Numbered from the stretch's first letter, positions 24,296 through 36,720 are shown. The stretch is 64,000 nt of DNA from Octopus sinensis (GCF_006345805.1 NC_042998.1:173352001-173416000); one strand, 5' to 3'. Translations and numbers: made by a program. The notes: a model not told the origin generated them from the sequence alone.

Positions 24296-24700
24296 GGTTA
24301 GCGGCATTTCGTCCTTCTTTATATTCTGAATTCAGATTTCGCCGAGGTTGACTTTGCCTTTCCTACATTTTGGGACCGATGAAATAAGTACCAGTTGGGC
24401 ACTGGAATCGATGTAATCGACTTATCCTCTCTCCAGAAATTGCTGGCTTTCAACCAAAATTTGAAACCATTATCATAATTATCAAGGTGATAAGCTGGTA
24501 GAATCATTAGAGCGTCGAACAAAATGGTTAGCGAGATTCCCTCTTGTGTGTTACGTTTTGATCTCGAATTACGCCCTAGGCAACATTACCATTCATCCTC
24601 TTGATACTGACAAAATAATGTACCAGTCAAGTATTGGGGTCGATATAATCGACTAACTTTCAGTATGAAAACTACTGACCTTGTGCCAAAATTAAAAAGA
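24296..24700 (+). mobile_element. Two tandem decayed SINE copies (13464 family)
   Basis: Repeated AAATAAGTACCAG..GTCGAT.TAATCGAC cores. Confidence 0.65.
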
Positions 24701-24934
24701 ACTATTTTTTACCCGTGAATATTTCGAGGAATTAATGGTAAACTTATTGGGATATTTCTGAAAACTTTATCCAAAAAATCTGAAAGCGTAGCATGTGTTC
24801 TATCTGTATCAAAAGATAGACGCTCATCTGATAAGCATTGAAAAGTGACGGAAATTGGAATATGATGATTAGTTAATGCACTTTATATATACACTTTATA
24901 CACTTCATGCACAATTTTATAGACTTAATACACA

Positions 24935-25335
24935 GCACACTCCCTCTTCGCCTTCTCTATTTCTCTCTCCTTTTGCTTTCGCTCACCGCCTTTACTTTCA
25001 ACTAACCACGTGAAATCGTTACTGACGGACCAAGTAACGGAGCAAAAGCTTAGTTCAAAAGAAACAAATTACACATTTCACTCACCATCGCCGCTCACCC
25101 CTTCTCCTCCTCTACCCCTCCAATTCTTCCCCTCCTTCCCCATTCAACTAATCACGTGGAAGCGTTACGGACGGGCTAAATAGCGGAGAAAAAAAACTTA
25201 GTTCAAATAAAAATTTACACATTTCACTCAGCACCACCACTTTCACCCCCACTCCCGCTCTTCTACCCCTCCCATTCCGCCTCTCTCTTCCCCTTGAGCT
25301 AATTCCGTGGAAGCGTTACGAACGCGTTAAGTAAC
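24935..25335. repeat. Diverged tandem repeat, period about 146-151 bp
   Basis: TTCAACTAA.CACGTG.AA.CGTTAC recurs at 24997, 25143 and 25294. Confidence 0.7.
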
Positions 25336-25516
25336 GGGGTGACAAGCAGAATTATTTTATGATTATTAGTTGTCATAGGGGCAGCTGGGAGTAATGTTTT
25401 TAGTTGTGCTACTTCTATCAGTCTGCCTTACGATAAAATCACCGTTTACATTTTGCCTAAATGGATTCATTTACCACATTCCATTTTAATTCAAATTCGT
25501 CTTTATTACATTTTAG

Positions 25517-25567
25517 GACGATCTTTATGAATGTATTATACAATTTACGCAAGTAGTGAAATTGATG
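25517..25567 (+). CDS. Candidate exon (DDLYECIIQFTQVVKLM)
   Basis: ctttattacattttag acceptor, ATG|gtattc donor, 51 nt, open, phase 0 to 0. Confidence 0.5.
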
Positions 25568-26676
25568 GTATTCATTTGATTTAATTAATGTATTGTCGTT
25601 TTATTTCCGCTAAACATTTTCGATTATAACTCTTATATATAAAATACAAGCTAAATCATATTTCATATTATTTCTAACATTATTTACGCTTCTATTAACT
25701 CTCGGAATTTCATTCATCGTTCATTATTAGACATCGAGTGAATAATTTGACGTTATTCTAAGAAATGTATAAAATCAGTAATCTCATTGAATTGAATTCA
25801 ATTAATGAAATCGTTCCAATATAGAGATAGATCTACATTGAGTAGCATTTTTAATCACTGCAACAGTAATAGTCATCCATAGTGTTCATAAATCTCTTTT
25901 CTCCTATTTAATAGAACACTCCATAGGTAGGCTATTTTTATAGTCAACGCCTTGAAACTAAACTGAAACTGTAGTAATATGCATAATGGTCTCTTACATT
26001 TAGAAGCAGTAGTTTAATTCATTTTAAGCAGATTTCTGAAATATTTCCATACAGAGCTCACTTATAATAATGTGGGAAATGAGTTCCACATGTCGTTGGT
26101 GACCTGAGATAACCAGATTTCTAGTATTAGACATCTGTGCTGTCATTTCTTGTTCTTAATTTGTCCCCAACTTCTAATTATGACTGTGTGTATATTCATG
26201 GGGATTTTCAGTATTGACATATTTCACTAGTCTCTCAATATTTCAATATATACAGTTCTAAACATTTGAGAAAGTTAGGTTCTATATATCTAACTTTATA
26301 CAAGCCAGAGAAAATTAATTAAGCCGCATTACTCGGGATGTGTTCTTGAGATTTTGAAAATCCACAATACTTTTACTCTCTCCCTAACTGGGATCTATGT
26401 TACAGATAAATATTCTATGAGCGACATGTATACAAAATAACTTGCAACTCTAAGGCTGTTCTAGTCTACCCTTCCTTGAACCGAATGCGTATTTGATGCT
26501 TGTTCCTTTATTCGTTTATTCTTTTACTTGTTTCAGTCATTAGACTTTGCCCATGCTGGAGCTAGCTGAAGAATTTCGAAACATACTGTTCACCCTCGCA
26601 TACATATGCATATACATATACATATATATGCACATATATATACATACATATGCATATATCTACATACATATATATA

Positions 26677-26721
<45 letters not shown>

Positions 26722-26779
26722 ATATACATACATATGCATATATCTACATACATATATATATACATACACATATATATAT

Positions 26780-26850
<71 letters not shown>

Positions 26851-26860
26851 ATATATATAA

Positions 26861-27406
26861 CGAGCAAAACGACCCCCGTCCAATGGACGGTTCTGAATCA
26901 TATCTTATGAATAAAAAGCAATCAGTGATTTCTTTTCATGAAAAAATAATTAAGCATGCCTTTATTTCAATAAAAGTTTTGGTTTTGTTAAACGAAGTTA
27001 AGGCAAAATAAAAAACTTTTTGAGAAACCAAATAGTCTTTCCTTCTTTTCGTGCCAAATTTAAAGAAAATATCTCTTTTGCATCTTACTTTTTTGGTCTC
27101 TTAAATATACTGCATTTTGTGGCTTTATTTCAAGCCAGCCGGAATTTTTTGTGTAAACTTCACGTGCATTTTTCTCGCGCACACGTAGTATCGATCGCAA
27201 CAGCTGATGTACTTGCGCGTAGAAATGCACGTTCCCACGGCTTTATCGATCGCATTCTCACTTGGAATCGATTTTTGTAATTTTTTAAAGACTTATACAC
27301 GCCCGGATACCGTCGGTATCTACATATCAAATTTAAGTGCAATCGGATGGAGGATACCCGAGTTCCTAGAAGACACACACTGACAGACACAACGGATTTT
27401 ATATGA
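26861..27406 (-). mobile_element. Non-autonomous Helitron-like element in (TA)n
   Basis: A|TCATATAAAATCCG 5' end, CCGTCC-ATT-GGACGG hairpin, CTCG|T 3' end; shares both ends with 38116-38497. Confidence 0.7.
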
Positions 27407-27600
27407 TATATATATATATATATAAATCAGCTTAGAGATAAAGAAGAAACGAAACCAAACCAAACGAATCGAATCGAATCGACGCGAAGGCGCTCAGTCA
27501 TACAATAGTGTAATAAATAAAATATATGCATACATACAAACATATATGTACGTACCTACATCTACATGTATATATACATGCATATATAAATATATATACG

Positions 27601-27991
27601 TGTGTACAGGACACCACAAATAGACGTAGAACTCAACGAGAAACGAAAACGTAAAAACAGCATGGAACGGACCATTTTTTTAACAACGAAAAAACAGAGT
27701 ACAAGACAACTACACAAGGAAAAATCCCCTTCATCAGCTGTCCCTAGTTCAACTCCAGCGTGTTTCGAAGGTGAGGACAGAACACGTATCGTCGAACTAG
27801 TCCTTCCTGCGAAAGAATTAAATAAAATTCCTTTGCAGAGGGATAAAAACAAGGAAAAAAAGGAAAAAAATGTGACAAAAACAGGACGTAAAAACAATAC
27901 AATTAAAAACAAATACAAAATAAAAATACAATTACAAAAAATACAGTACAAGCAGGAATAGAAAGAGGACAGGAAAACAAATAAAGAGGGC

Positions 27992-27992
<1 letters not shown>
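27601..27992. repeat. Interspersed-repeat-like segment between (TA)n tracts, possibly a Penelope terminal repeat
   Basis: A-rich block bounded by microsatellites; the minus strand has CGAAAC and CTGATGAAG motifs. Only one copy in the window. Confidence 0.35.
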
Positions 27993-28083
<91 letters not shown>

Positions 28084-28367
28084 GTGTATAGATATGTATA
28101 TATCTTTATGTATATATGAGAAGAGAGAAGGGGGAAGAGAAAGAAACAGCCAGAGAGAAGTTTTTGCAGGGAAAATGTTGACAATCACTTCAAAGATACA
28201 GATTACACGCCTTCTGAGTCAGTCTAATGAAGTCGAACTCGGAAGGCAGTGTCATTCCCTTTCCTTGCAAAAGTTAATTGTTTACTCCCCAGAAAGAGTG
28301 TTCCGTAATCATTCATTTTAATGTAAATTTTTCATTATATATTTCTTGACATTAAAAGATCATATGC

Positions 28368-28416
<49 letters not shown>

Positions 28417-28421
<5 letters not shown>

Positions 28422-29053
28422 GCATATTTTAAAATAGAAAATTACCCTTTAACTGGTAATTTTTACGTGCTAGAAATAGCAGCCAACACGGCCAAAACCA
28501 CAATTTAATAGCAAATTTCGAAGTAAATGAAAATTAAAAACTTTTACCTCATTATTTAACGGTTATACCATGGTTTCGAATTTCTTTATCAAATAAAATT
28601 ATTTGCCATCCTTTAATAGGTTATTTAGCAGAACAATACTATCCACTAGGCGAATTCTCGTCAGTAACCGGCCTCAATAACTAACTTATAATTCAAAGAC
28701 ACGATAACACGTCCCATCATTATATGTTATCATTTCTCAAACTACCGCGCGCAGGCGCATTTACAGTCAGCAAAAATACAATGCCGAGCTGAATCTTCGA
28801 GAATGTTAAGAACATATTCATAAGATACATCTATAGGGTGGCGAATATTCGTTATAAATATCACCCCCAGTGGCCTAGCATATATAAATACTATATAGAC
28901 AACGTATTCATATTTTAAAATAGAAAATTATCCTTAACAGGTAATTTTCTATTTTAAAATATGAATATGTTTTCTATTGACTATTTATACATGCTAGGCC
29001 ACTGGTGGTGATATTTATAACAAATATTCGCCACCTCATAGATGTATCTTATG
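28417..29053 (-). mobile_element. Hammerhead-bearing element of a roughly 490-bp monomer with a 112-bp terminal fold-back, in (TA)n
   Basis: Direct repeat 28423-28463 / 28909-28948 (period 486); inverted arms 28819-28930 / 28942-29053; (TA)n on both flanks. Confidence 0.85.
28560..28670 (-). ncRNA. Type I hammerhead ribozyme with long helix II insertion
   Basis: CGGTTA-CTGACGA-GAATT..AATTC-GAAA-CCATGG-TA-TAACCG. Perfect 6-bp stem I, intact core, palindromic helix III, GUA site; predicted cut between 28566 and 28565. Confidence 0.85.
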
Positions 29054-29114
<61 letters not shown>

Positions 29115-29707
29115 AGATGGAGAGAAAGAGAGAGACAGACAAACAGACAGACAGACAGACAGTCAGACAGATAGATAGATACTTCCAATTAACTGCAGAA
29201 AATGTGGTTTTCTGTGTTGCTTGTGTTATGACTTTTAGTGCTGCCATAGCTTTTTTGATACTATTATGGTTGTCATTTCCATATTTTCGGAAGCGCTGCT
29301 ATTAATATTATTTGACTACTAGCAATTGTTTATCGTCTCTACCTCTGCTGTTGATGTGCTTATTTATATTCATTGGCATTAGTGATAAGAAGTTAATGTG
29401 TAAACATGCTAGGTGTTATTGTTGCTTATTTTGAAATTTCTTCTCTCTTAAGAACGAGTAGTAAAATATTTTTTTGCAAAGCAGCAAATAGCAACTCCTA
29501 ATGTTTTTAACATTGTACCAGTAATTATTTCAAATTGTAAGGTTGCTTTTTATTGACTTACATCTTGTTATTAATTTTAACTGAACGCGTTATTTAACAT
29601 CTTTTAACTAAATATACTATGTACAACATCGTATACTTGATATTCAATTCATTTTGGCTACATCTAAACTAATCCTATTCCAGTTTGAACATCATAAAAC
29701 CATTTAG

Positions 29708-29799
29708 TGGGGAGAAGCCTGTTATAAGCAATCGCGCCACGAAACTTGCTTACTTCGAGCTCAACTTCCACCGGACGTGATTTTGCATAAAGAATCAAG
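29708..29799 (+). CDS. Candidate exon (WGEACYKQSRHETCLLRAQLPPDVILHKES)
   Basis: catttag acceptor (weak), AAG|gtagct donor, 92 nt, open, phase 0 to 2. Confidence 0.45.
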
Positions 29800-29991
29800 G
29801 TAGCTGCTCTGACTAAGCCATAAGAATTACCAAAAATGCCCATCAAATAGTTTACAAATGTAAACAATATCATGGTGCCAATTTAATGATAAACATGTAA
29901 TTCAGAAATAACTGTAATAAACGTAACAATTATTATTCATATATATAAAAAGATGAGTTGAAACGGAAAAATTTCTGTATTTCCTCTTAAG

Positions 29992-30081
29992 TCGGTTTCA
30001 GGTGCCGACTAACCACAACGGTCCTTATGTAGTACTCGGGCTAACAATAAGTCGCTGGGCTCTAATAACTTTTCTCGCTGG
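29992..30081 (+). CDS. Candidate exon (SRFQVPTNHNGPYVVLGLTISRWALITFLAG)
   Basis: tttcctcttaag acceptor, TGG|gtaagt donor, 90 nt, open, phase 2 to 2. Confidence 0.5.
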
Positions 30082-30204
30082 GTAAGTCTGAGTGTCCTGT
30101 TGAGGAATGCATATTTTTTGTAGAGTAACTAATAGTATTAATAATGATTAAAAAAAAGATAAAATAAAGTGTGTCAAGATACAACCCATCCGTACTTTGG
30201 CTGT

Positions 30205-30615
30205 CTTTACTCTTTTACTCTTTTACTTGTTTCAGTCATTTGACTGCGGCCATGCTGGAGCACCGCCTTTAATCGAGCAACTCGACCCCGGGATTTGTTC
30301 TTTTGTAACCCCAGTACTTATTCTATCGGTCTCTTTTGCCGAACCGCTAAGTAACGGGGACATAAACACACCAGCATCGGTTGTCAAGCAATGCTAGCGG
30401 GACAAACACACTCGCACAAACACACACACACGCATATATATACATATATACGACGGGCTTCTTTCAGTTCTCCGTCTACCAAATCCACTCACAAGGTTTT
30501 GGTCGGCCCGAGGCTATAGTAGAATACACTTGCCCAAGGTGCCACGCAGTGGGACTGAACCTGGAACCATGTGGTTGGTAAACAAGCTACTTACCACACA
30601 GCCACTCCTGCGCCT
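30205..30615 (-). mobile_element. tRNA-head SINE (AGGCGCAGGAGTGGCTGTGTGGTAAG family) with internal microsatellite and (GAGTAAAA)n tail
   Basis: A/B-box-like head; homologous to 46339-47051 and 62484-62845. Confidence 0.85.
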
Positions 30616-32929
30616 ATTTCTTTATCGACTTGAGCACTCATCAAGTGAAGTAATCGTTATTACAGTATTAAATAAATACAACGAAAGAGTCACAATCTAC
30701 TTTATTTGCATAATTTAAATTGGCCTCTTTAGCTTCTGATTTCTGAACATAAAGACAGATCAACTTTCTGCTTTGCTTTCCATTCCTCTCGGGCGGAAAT
30801 AATATTGACATGCGAAATAAAGTATATCATTATAGCATATAGAAAGTAAATTAAATTATCACTACTATCTACCTCGCTATTGCAAGTATTCCGACTAGGA
30901 CTGAAAAATGAATCCGTATAGCTTTTAGGTAAAACCAGATGTATTTAGTTTTATGAAATTCATAGAAATAGCAAAAATTAGTTGACATTTGAAAAAGATT
31001 AAAAAAGTATTTCTGAAGAAATTGGTATCAAATAGTAGGTCAATTCCATAAATCAACCATTCTGCTGGGTCTTCTTTCTATCTAATGGCAGTATTTTAAT
31101 TTCACTTTCTGGAAAGATTACCATCCAAATATATTTAATGCTATTTCATTGTTAGTCTTCTTTTCCTCCAATACCTTATAATCATATTTCTAGATTTTTT
31201 CTTAAATACCCTATTTGCATTTCTCTGTGCTTGACAGTTGAATTTAGCTCTAAAATTTTCATATTATTTTTCACATTTGTTCGTTTTTTGCTATTTATTC
31301 ATTCTTCAACTTATTTTACTTTTAACGATTGTTTTAATAATGCATATCACAAGTCATTTCATTTCATTATTGTTATCATTATTGTTATCATTGTCCTCAT
31401 AATCAACGTTATCATCGGCGTCGTCGTTATTAGCATCATCATTATCAGAATCACCATCTTCTTTAGCAGCAATAGCATTTATCCTAGCCATCTTTGTCCT
31501 TCTACACATTTTTATTAATCTTTAAAAGTGTTTTGAAGAAAGAATTTTGTTTTCCTTTAATTTTTTCTTGTTTTCAGATTAGAAAACAAAATCCAAGAAT
31601 ATTATATTTCCAAATGCTTTTTTAAATCGTTGAATTCCTATTGAAAATGGTTTTACTCACTTCTATTTTTAATTTTTTTTATTTCATTTACGTTTCTCAA
31701 GCAAAGCTGGAAAATCATATTTATCCCAACTCAAAGAGACACATTATTTGTCACAGCCCTCATCGTATGTTACTGATGACGTCAAAAAGATTCTTCCAAT
31801 TTTATAATATTTTTTTCTGAGAATTTGCATTGTAATTTTAATGAAAGTCATCTGCAACTACGATTAATCCTACTACCACGCTTTAACCTTTTATGGAATT
31901 CTCTAATTAATATTTACTATAGCGTCTCAGACTATCTATCATAAATTCTTTTTCTCTTACTTGAAACGAATTCCTATCAAGTTATATAATAAGTGTCATG
32001 AAATCTAGTTTAGAAATAAGGAAAATAACTTAAGCAGATTGATGATATAATAGTGTGGACAAAATTATTCTTAATTAATTTAAATTATATTCGGAATTAA
32101 AAGAAAATAATAAACACCCATTCGTTTCCGATTCTCAAAGAAAATGGGAGATACTTTCTAGGAATGAAGTTTTAATACCTTGATGTGAATTTACATGAAT
32201 AGGAATGAGGATGTTTTTATAAGCAGGTGACATCTGCTAATACTTTTCGATTTATTAGATTTCATCAACATAGTATGGTCAACACAAGCTTGCTCGATCA
32301 GTTTACATTAAACTTTATATAGAGAAAACGGATTACGGATATATCATGAATAAAACAATTTGAATTCACAATTAGAAAAACACATTAGAAACGAAAAATA
32401 AATCTAATTATACAATATATGTATAGAGTTCAGTAATTTCCAAAGGCTTAATTGATCAGAGACACGCAAAGCAATGTAATATATTCAGTGGCTATTCTTC
32501 ATTGCTTGGACGAGAACTATTGTCATTTACGTTCATATTTTACATTGTATAAGTCTACCATTATATTTCTTTCCTGCTTCCCTTTATTGTATACATTTGC
32601 ATAAATTGCTATCTATTACATCAGGTTTCTCGTATATTTGTTTTTGTTTTTTACTGCATTAAGAATATGTCCTTAGATTTTTTTTCTTCTAATTTAAGAG
32701 TTGAATTTTATTTTGTATATTAGTATTGCGATGTAATATTTTATGTTTGGTTGTGATATTGTTGGTAATTAATCATCTGCCGTTTCCATTTATTTTTCTA
32801 AACATCGATAGCATATTTCGAACGCGTCCGTGCTTTTGGGGCATATATGTTAACCTGCTACATTTTATCCTGCAATGATTAAACATACAATTTTTAAGTG
32901 AATAAGTTTAACATGTTTATATACGGCTG

Positions 32930-33340
32930 AATGTAGAATAAAGCTTCCACGCGAGGAGTGGTGCTGCTGCTACACTTGCAGTCACCCTACGCCACATCCA
33001 TAATAAATCAACCGACATGGTGTAAACGAATCTCCAGTACAATATAAACACAAGCCTACAACCATGTTATCGCGCTACTTCAGTTTTATTTTGTTACAAT
33101 TCCTTGGATGGCCTCAGCGCATCAGATCTGATTGCTTTCGTATCAATTTCCTATTCATAATTCCAACTTACTTGCTGGTCATCTTCTCATTACCCATATC
33201 GTATCTACAATTCCAGGCCGTGCATCAATAGCCACTAATGCCAGTCCTTTCTCCTTGAAAATCACTGCTATAGAATTCTTTCCCTACCAAAGTTTTATCC
33301 TGCAGTAATCAACTTTCAATAGATCAAAAGAAACATTTGC
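32930..33340 (+). mobile_element. Very decayed CR1/L2-like LINE 3' region
   Basis: Faint similarity to the HRR..FY..YNG..SFFP terminus; many disruptions. Confidence 0.35.
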
Positions 33341-35352
33341 CGTACGTCAATGTCTAAGGATTTTAATCTACGACAAGCATAGCTCTTTTTTCCAAAAAAT
33401 TTGTCAACTATTTTAAATAAACTCAAATCCAATGATTTCTTAAGTAAAACATATGTAACATATATAACATATATATTTTCCCCACCATTTCGTAATAAGA
33501 GTCGATTATTGTAATCCCCCAAATATGTTTGTATATTATTACAGCTGCTCTTCTCCCCTATATTTTTAATACTTTAACGTTTTCCTTTCATTACTTTGAC
33601 CCTTCATTGTTTCACATGTTTATGTATTACTTTAATCATACTTTCACTTATATGCTTCACAATATATTTTGTTTTAATTTCTACATTATGTGAACTACAT
33701 AATTAGAATTACATGTCATGATTTTACTATTTCAGAGCTAGGATCAATGGAAAAGGTATGAACATTATAATACTTCATTCTATTTTTTCCTTAAGAAAAA
33801 TGTACTCGAGGCAATTTTAAAAAAAAATGCCTTTCGCCTTCCTTTAGTGCTTTTCTTGTGAGCTTTTCTTTCTTTTTGACAGCTATGGATGTGAAATGAA
33901 TCGATTGGTTGATCATGAATATGTTAATGTTGATATCTGCTTCCAGAAATTATTACGATGCTCAAATTAGTGTTCGTTATCATTGTTCTTTTTTTTTTTT
34001 GAAAGATATTTTTCTGCCCTATTAATAAAATGTTCTGCTTTCTAAATCTTTTCTTTTAATTCAATTCTATTTGTTAGTTGTGACTTTTTTTGTGTTGCCG
34101 TATTTTTTATTTGCATTGATGTTTTTACTTTTAAATCCATTGCCTGTAGTTTTAGTCATGTTGTTTTCTTCTGCTCAGATATATTTCTTATTTGTTATAT
34201 TTTTTATCACTTCCATATTCATGTTTTCAATAATTTCAGTTTCATTGCATGAAATTTTGCTGCAGTTCCTGTTAATATTATCTCTGTTCGTTTTGTATTT
34301 CATAGTATAGTTTCTGAAATGTGATATTTCTATTCTCTTAATAACTCATATTTTACTGCTAACTATAATATCTTTTTCATGCTAGAATGATGTCAGAGTT
34401 TGTATTAATTTTTCGATGGGATGGGCTATTCTTTAGAAATATAAATCTTTCTTGATAATGTTCATCTTGGAAAAGTGTGTAACTTCAAAATATACGTATT
34501 TTTCAGAGTGTAACCGCCTGAGTTTTATCTTGATATCACTGCTTTCATTGCTTTCTGATTAAGATCAAACAGCAATTTAAACAAATCTCCTGGTAAAGAA
34601 TTGTTTATATTGTAAAAAATTATTTCAAGAAGCCATTCATTATACACTTGCGATGCCGCCAAGTTTCTTGTTATTTAGTAGATTCAAATTTGAAGTATAT
34701 TTTTAACCTTCGGTCTGAATGCTAATGTTTCCGTTTGTCTTCATAGACATATTATCATTTTAGAAGAGCTAGCTTTTAGCTGAAACTATGCTTTGCTTAG
34801 TGTTTCTTTATTCATTGTTGCCGTTATTGTTTACCTCCAGTTCTCTCTTTATCCTGCAAGATAATTACCAAAGACATTGCAACCACAGATGTATTTTTCT
34901 TTTTTTTTAATATTGCCCTATTTGTTTAAAGTTTGAACGGTCTAATTAATAGAGATCTGACTTCTGTCTCTAGTTGATTGTCCGACCATGTAAAAACTCC
35001 ATCATTGGCTCATATTGGTTTGTGCTTCCAGTTGGTTGTTAGTTCATAGCCAATGCAAATATTAGTAATTCTAATTATCAAGTAGTTTTATGCAATAAAT
35101 CCCAAAATATATTAAAAGCATGGTTACTTGTCCATATCTTTACAAATAGTATTTTCGTTCTGTTCTTGTTGTCATATTTGTCCCTAGTTTTAATGAACAT
35201 TTTGTGGAACTTAAGGGTATTTCAATATCCATAACAGCGTTAACGATTAGTCAATAGCTGGTGCAGTTTAATCGACGTTTTAAAGCACACCAGAGAATAT
35301 GTTGTCAAAATAAAAGAAATCAGTATGTTTGCTTTTATTAGTTATTTGATCA

Positions 35353-35968
35353 AAGGTTGCGAGCGGGCAGAATCGCTAGCCTTATATGTGTTCCGGCCGT
35401 CTGTACGTTCTGAATTCAAATTCCGCCGAAGTTTACATTGCTTTTCATCCTTTCGGTGTCGATAAATTAAATACCAGTGCAACGCTGCGGTTGTTGTAAT
35501 CAACTAGTTCCCTCCCGACAAAATTTCAGGCTTTATACCTTTAGTGGAAAAGGATTATTATTTGATCTTATAGAATTACTCAGACGTCAGCAAAATTAGT
35601 TGCCGTATTAATTCCGGGTCTTTCAGTTCCAATCCAGCCGAGGTCAACTTTGAACTTCAGTATGTCTGGATCGATGTGATATTGGACCAGTGCAGTACTT
35701 AGTTCTATGTAATGGACTAATCCTCCCTCCCCAAATTGCTGGCGTTGTGATAAAATCTGAAAGAATTACTATTAGTATTGCCTCAGATAAAATGCTTGAT
35801 GGTGTTTCTTTCGACTATTTACGTTCTGAGTTCGAATGCTACTAAGGTTGATTTCGCCGTTAAGACTTTCGTAGTTGATTAAATATAGCATTAATGAAGC
35901 ACTGCAGTCGATGCAATCGACGTACTCCCGCCCCTAAAATTGATAGCCTTGTGCTAAAATTAGAAAGA
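35353..35968 (+). mobile_element. Three head-to-tail decayed SINE units (about 200 bp each)
   Basis: Each unit has a GTTC.AAT.C box, an AGGT..ACTT/GATTT segment and a CCC..AAATT..GCC.TTGTG tail. Confidence 0.65.
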
Positions 35969-36089
35969 ATACGATTATTGCTGGCGATGCCGATTTACTA
36001 ATCATAATTATATTGCAATATTTGCAATGCAAGCCGAAGCGCAGTTTAATCTGCCTTCTCTACATGCAGTACGTTCAATATGTGTACAT

Positions 36090-36720
36090 AGCATAATTCT
36101 ACCATTTTCTGTAGGTCTTGTATGTTCTGCATGATTTAGATGCTTCTTATTTTAGTCTTTACAGTCTGGTTAGCTGCATTTCGAGGTTCTGATATTCGGA
36201 TAACATCTCCATTCCCTTGGGGGATACACTAGCGACTGACTGGATTGATATTTCCATTAGAAGATACGCCATTCACTGGAGACCCTTAATAATAATATCT
36301 GCTTGATTAAACTTGATCACCTTTATTTCGTAATCATGACATGAATTCCCGTGTATAAAATCGTCAACTCTATCAGGCTTTTAAATACTCTCTCTCTTAT
36401 ATAAGACTGGGTACATTTGACAATCTGGCCAAGCTTTCTCCTTAAGAAATTCAATCAACAATTATTCAACACCTTGCATTTTATGGTAGTTTCTGGTGCA
36501 AAGACTGGTGCTGATATCAATAACTTTTCAGTTTCTTCTTTCATCCTACAAAACATAGCCAGTACTGTGATTTATATTTGTCTATGTCCACCCGTTTACA
36601 TTTGTTTCAGTTGTTAGCCATGTAGAGACTATTCCAGCCATAACTTTAGCACGATATTCTGCCGTCCTATGATAAACTTGCTTTTTTTAGCCTCTTCAAA
36701 TTTCTATTAATATTTTCTTC
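36090..36720 (-). mobile_element. Decayed R4/Dong-type LINE relic
   Basis: ETEKLLISA.. and NQADIIIK..MEISIQS..MLSEYQNLEMQL resemble ETEG..AAQDQ and NRPDI..KLSKYKDLEIE. Confidence 0.5.

Noticed and set aside
25915-25926. 12-nt micro-exon candidate AACACTCCATAG with good splice signals
   Set aside because: In the phase required by the exon chain it reads NTP-stop; cannot be placed without RNA data.
27720-27776. Permuted (type II-like) hammerhead: CCTTC-GAAAC..CTGATGA-AGGGG on the minus strand
   Set aside because: Core motifs are present but helices I and III do not pair convincingly in this copy; a family consensus is needed.
29199-29305. Terminal-exon-like hydrophobic segment ENVVFCVACVMTFSAAIAFLILLWLSFPYFRKRCY*
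   Set aside because: Weak acceptor, phase incompatible with the six-exon chain, and T-rich DNA readily yields hydrophobic peptides.
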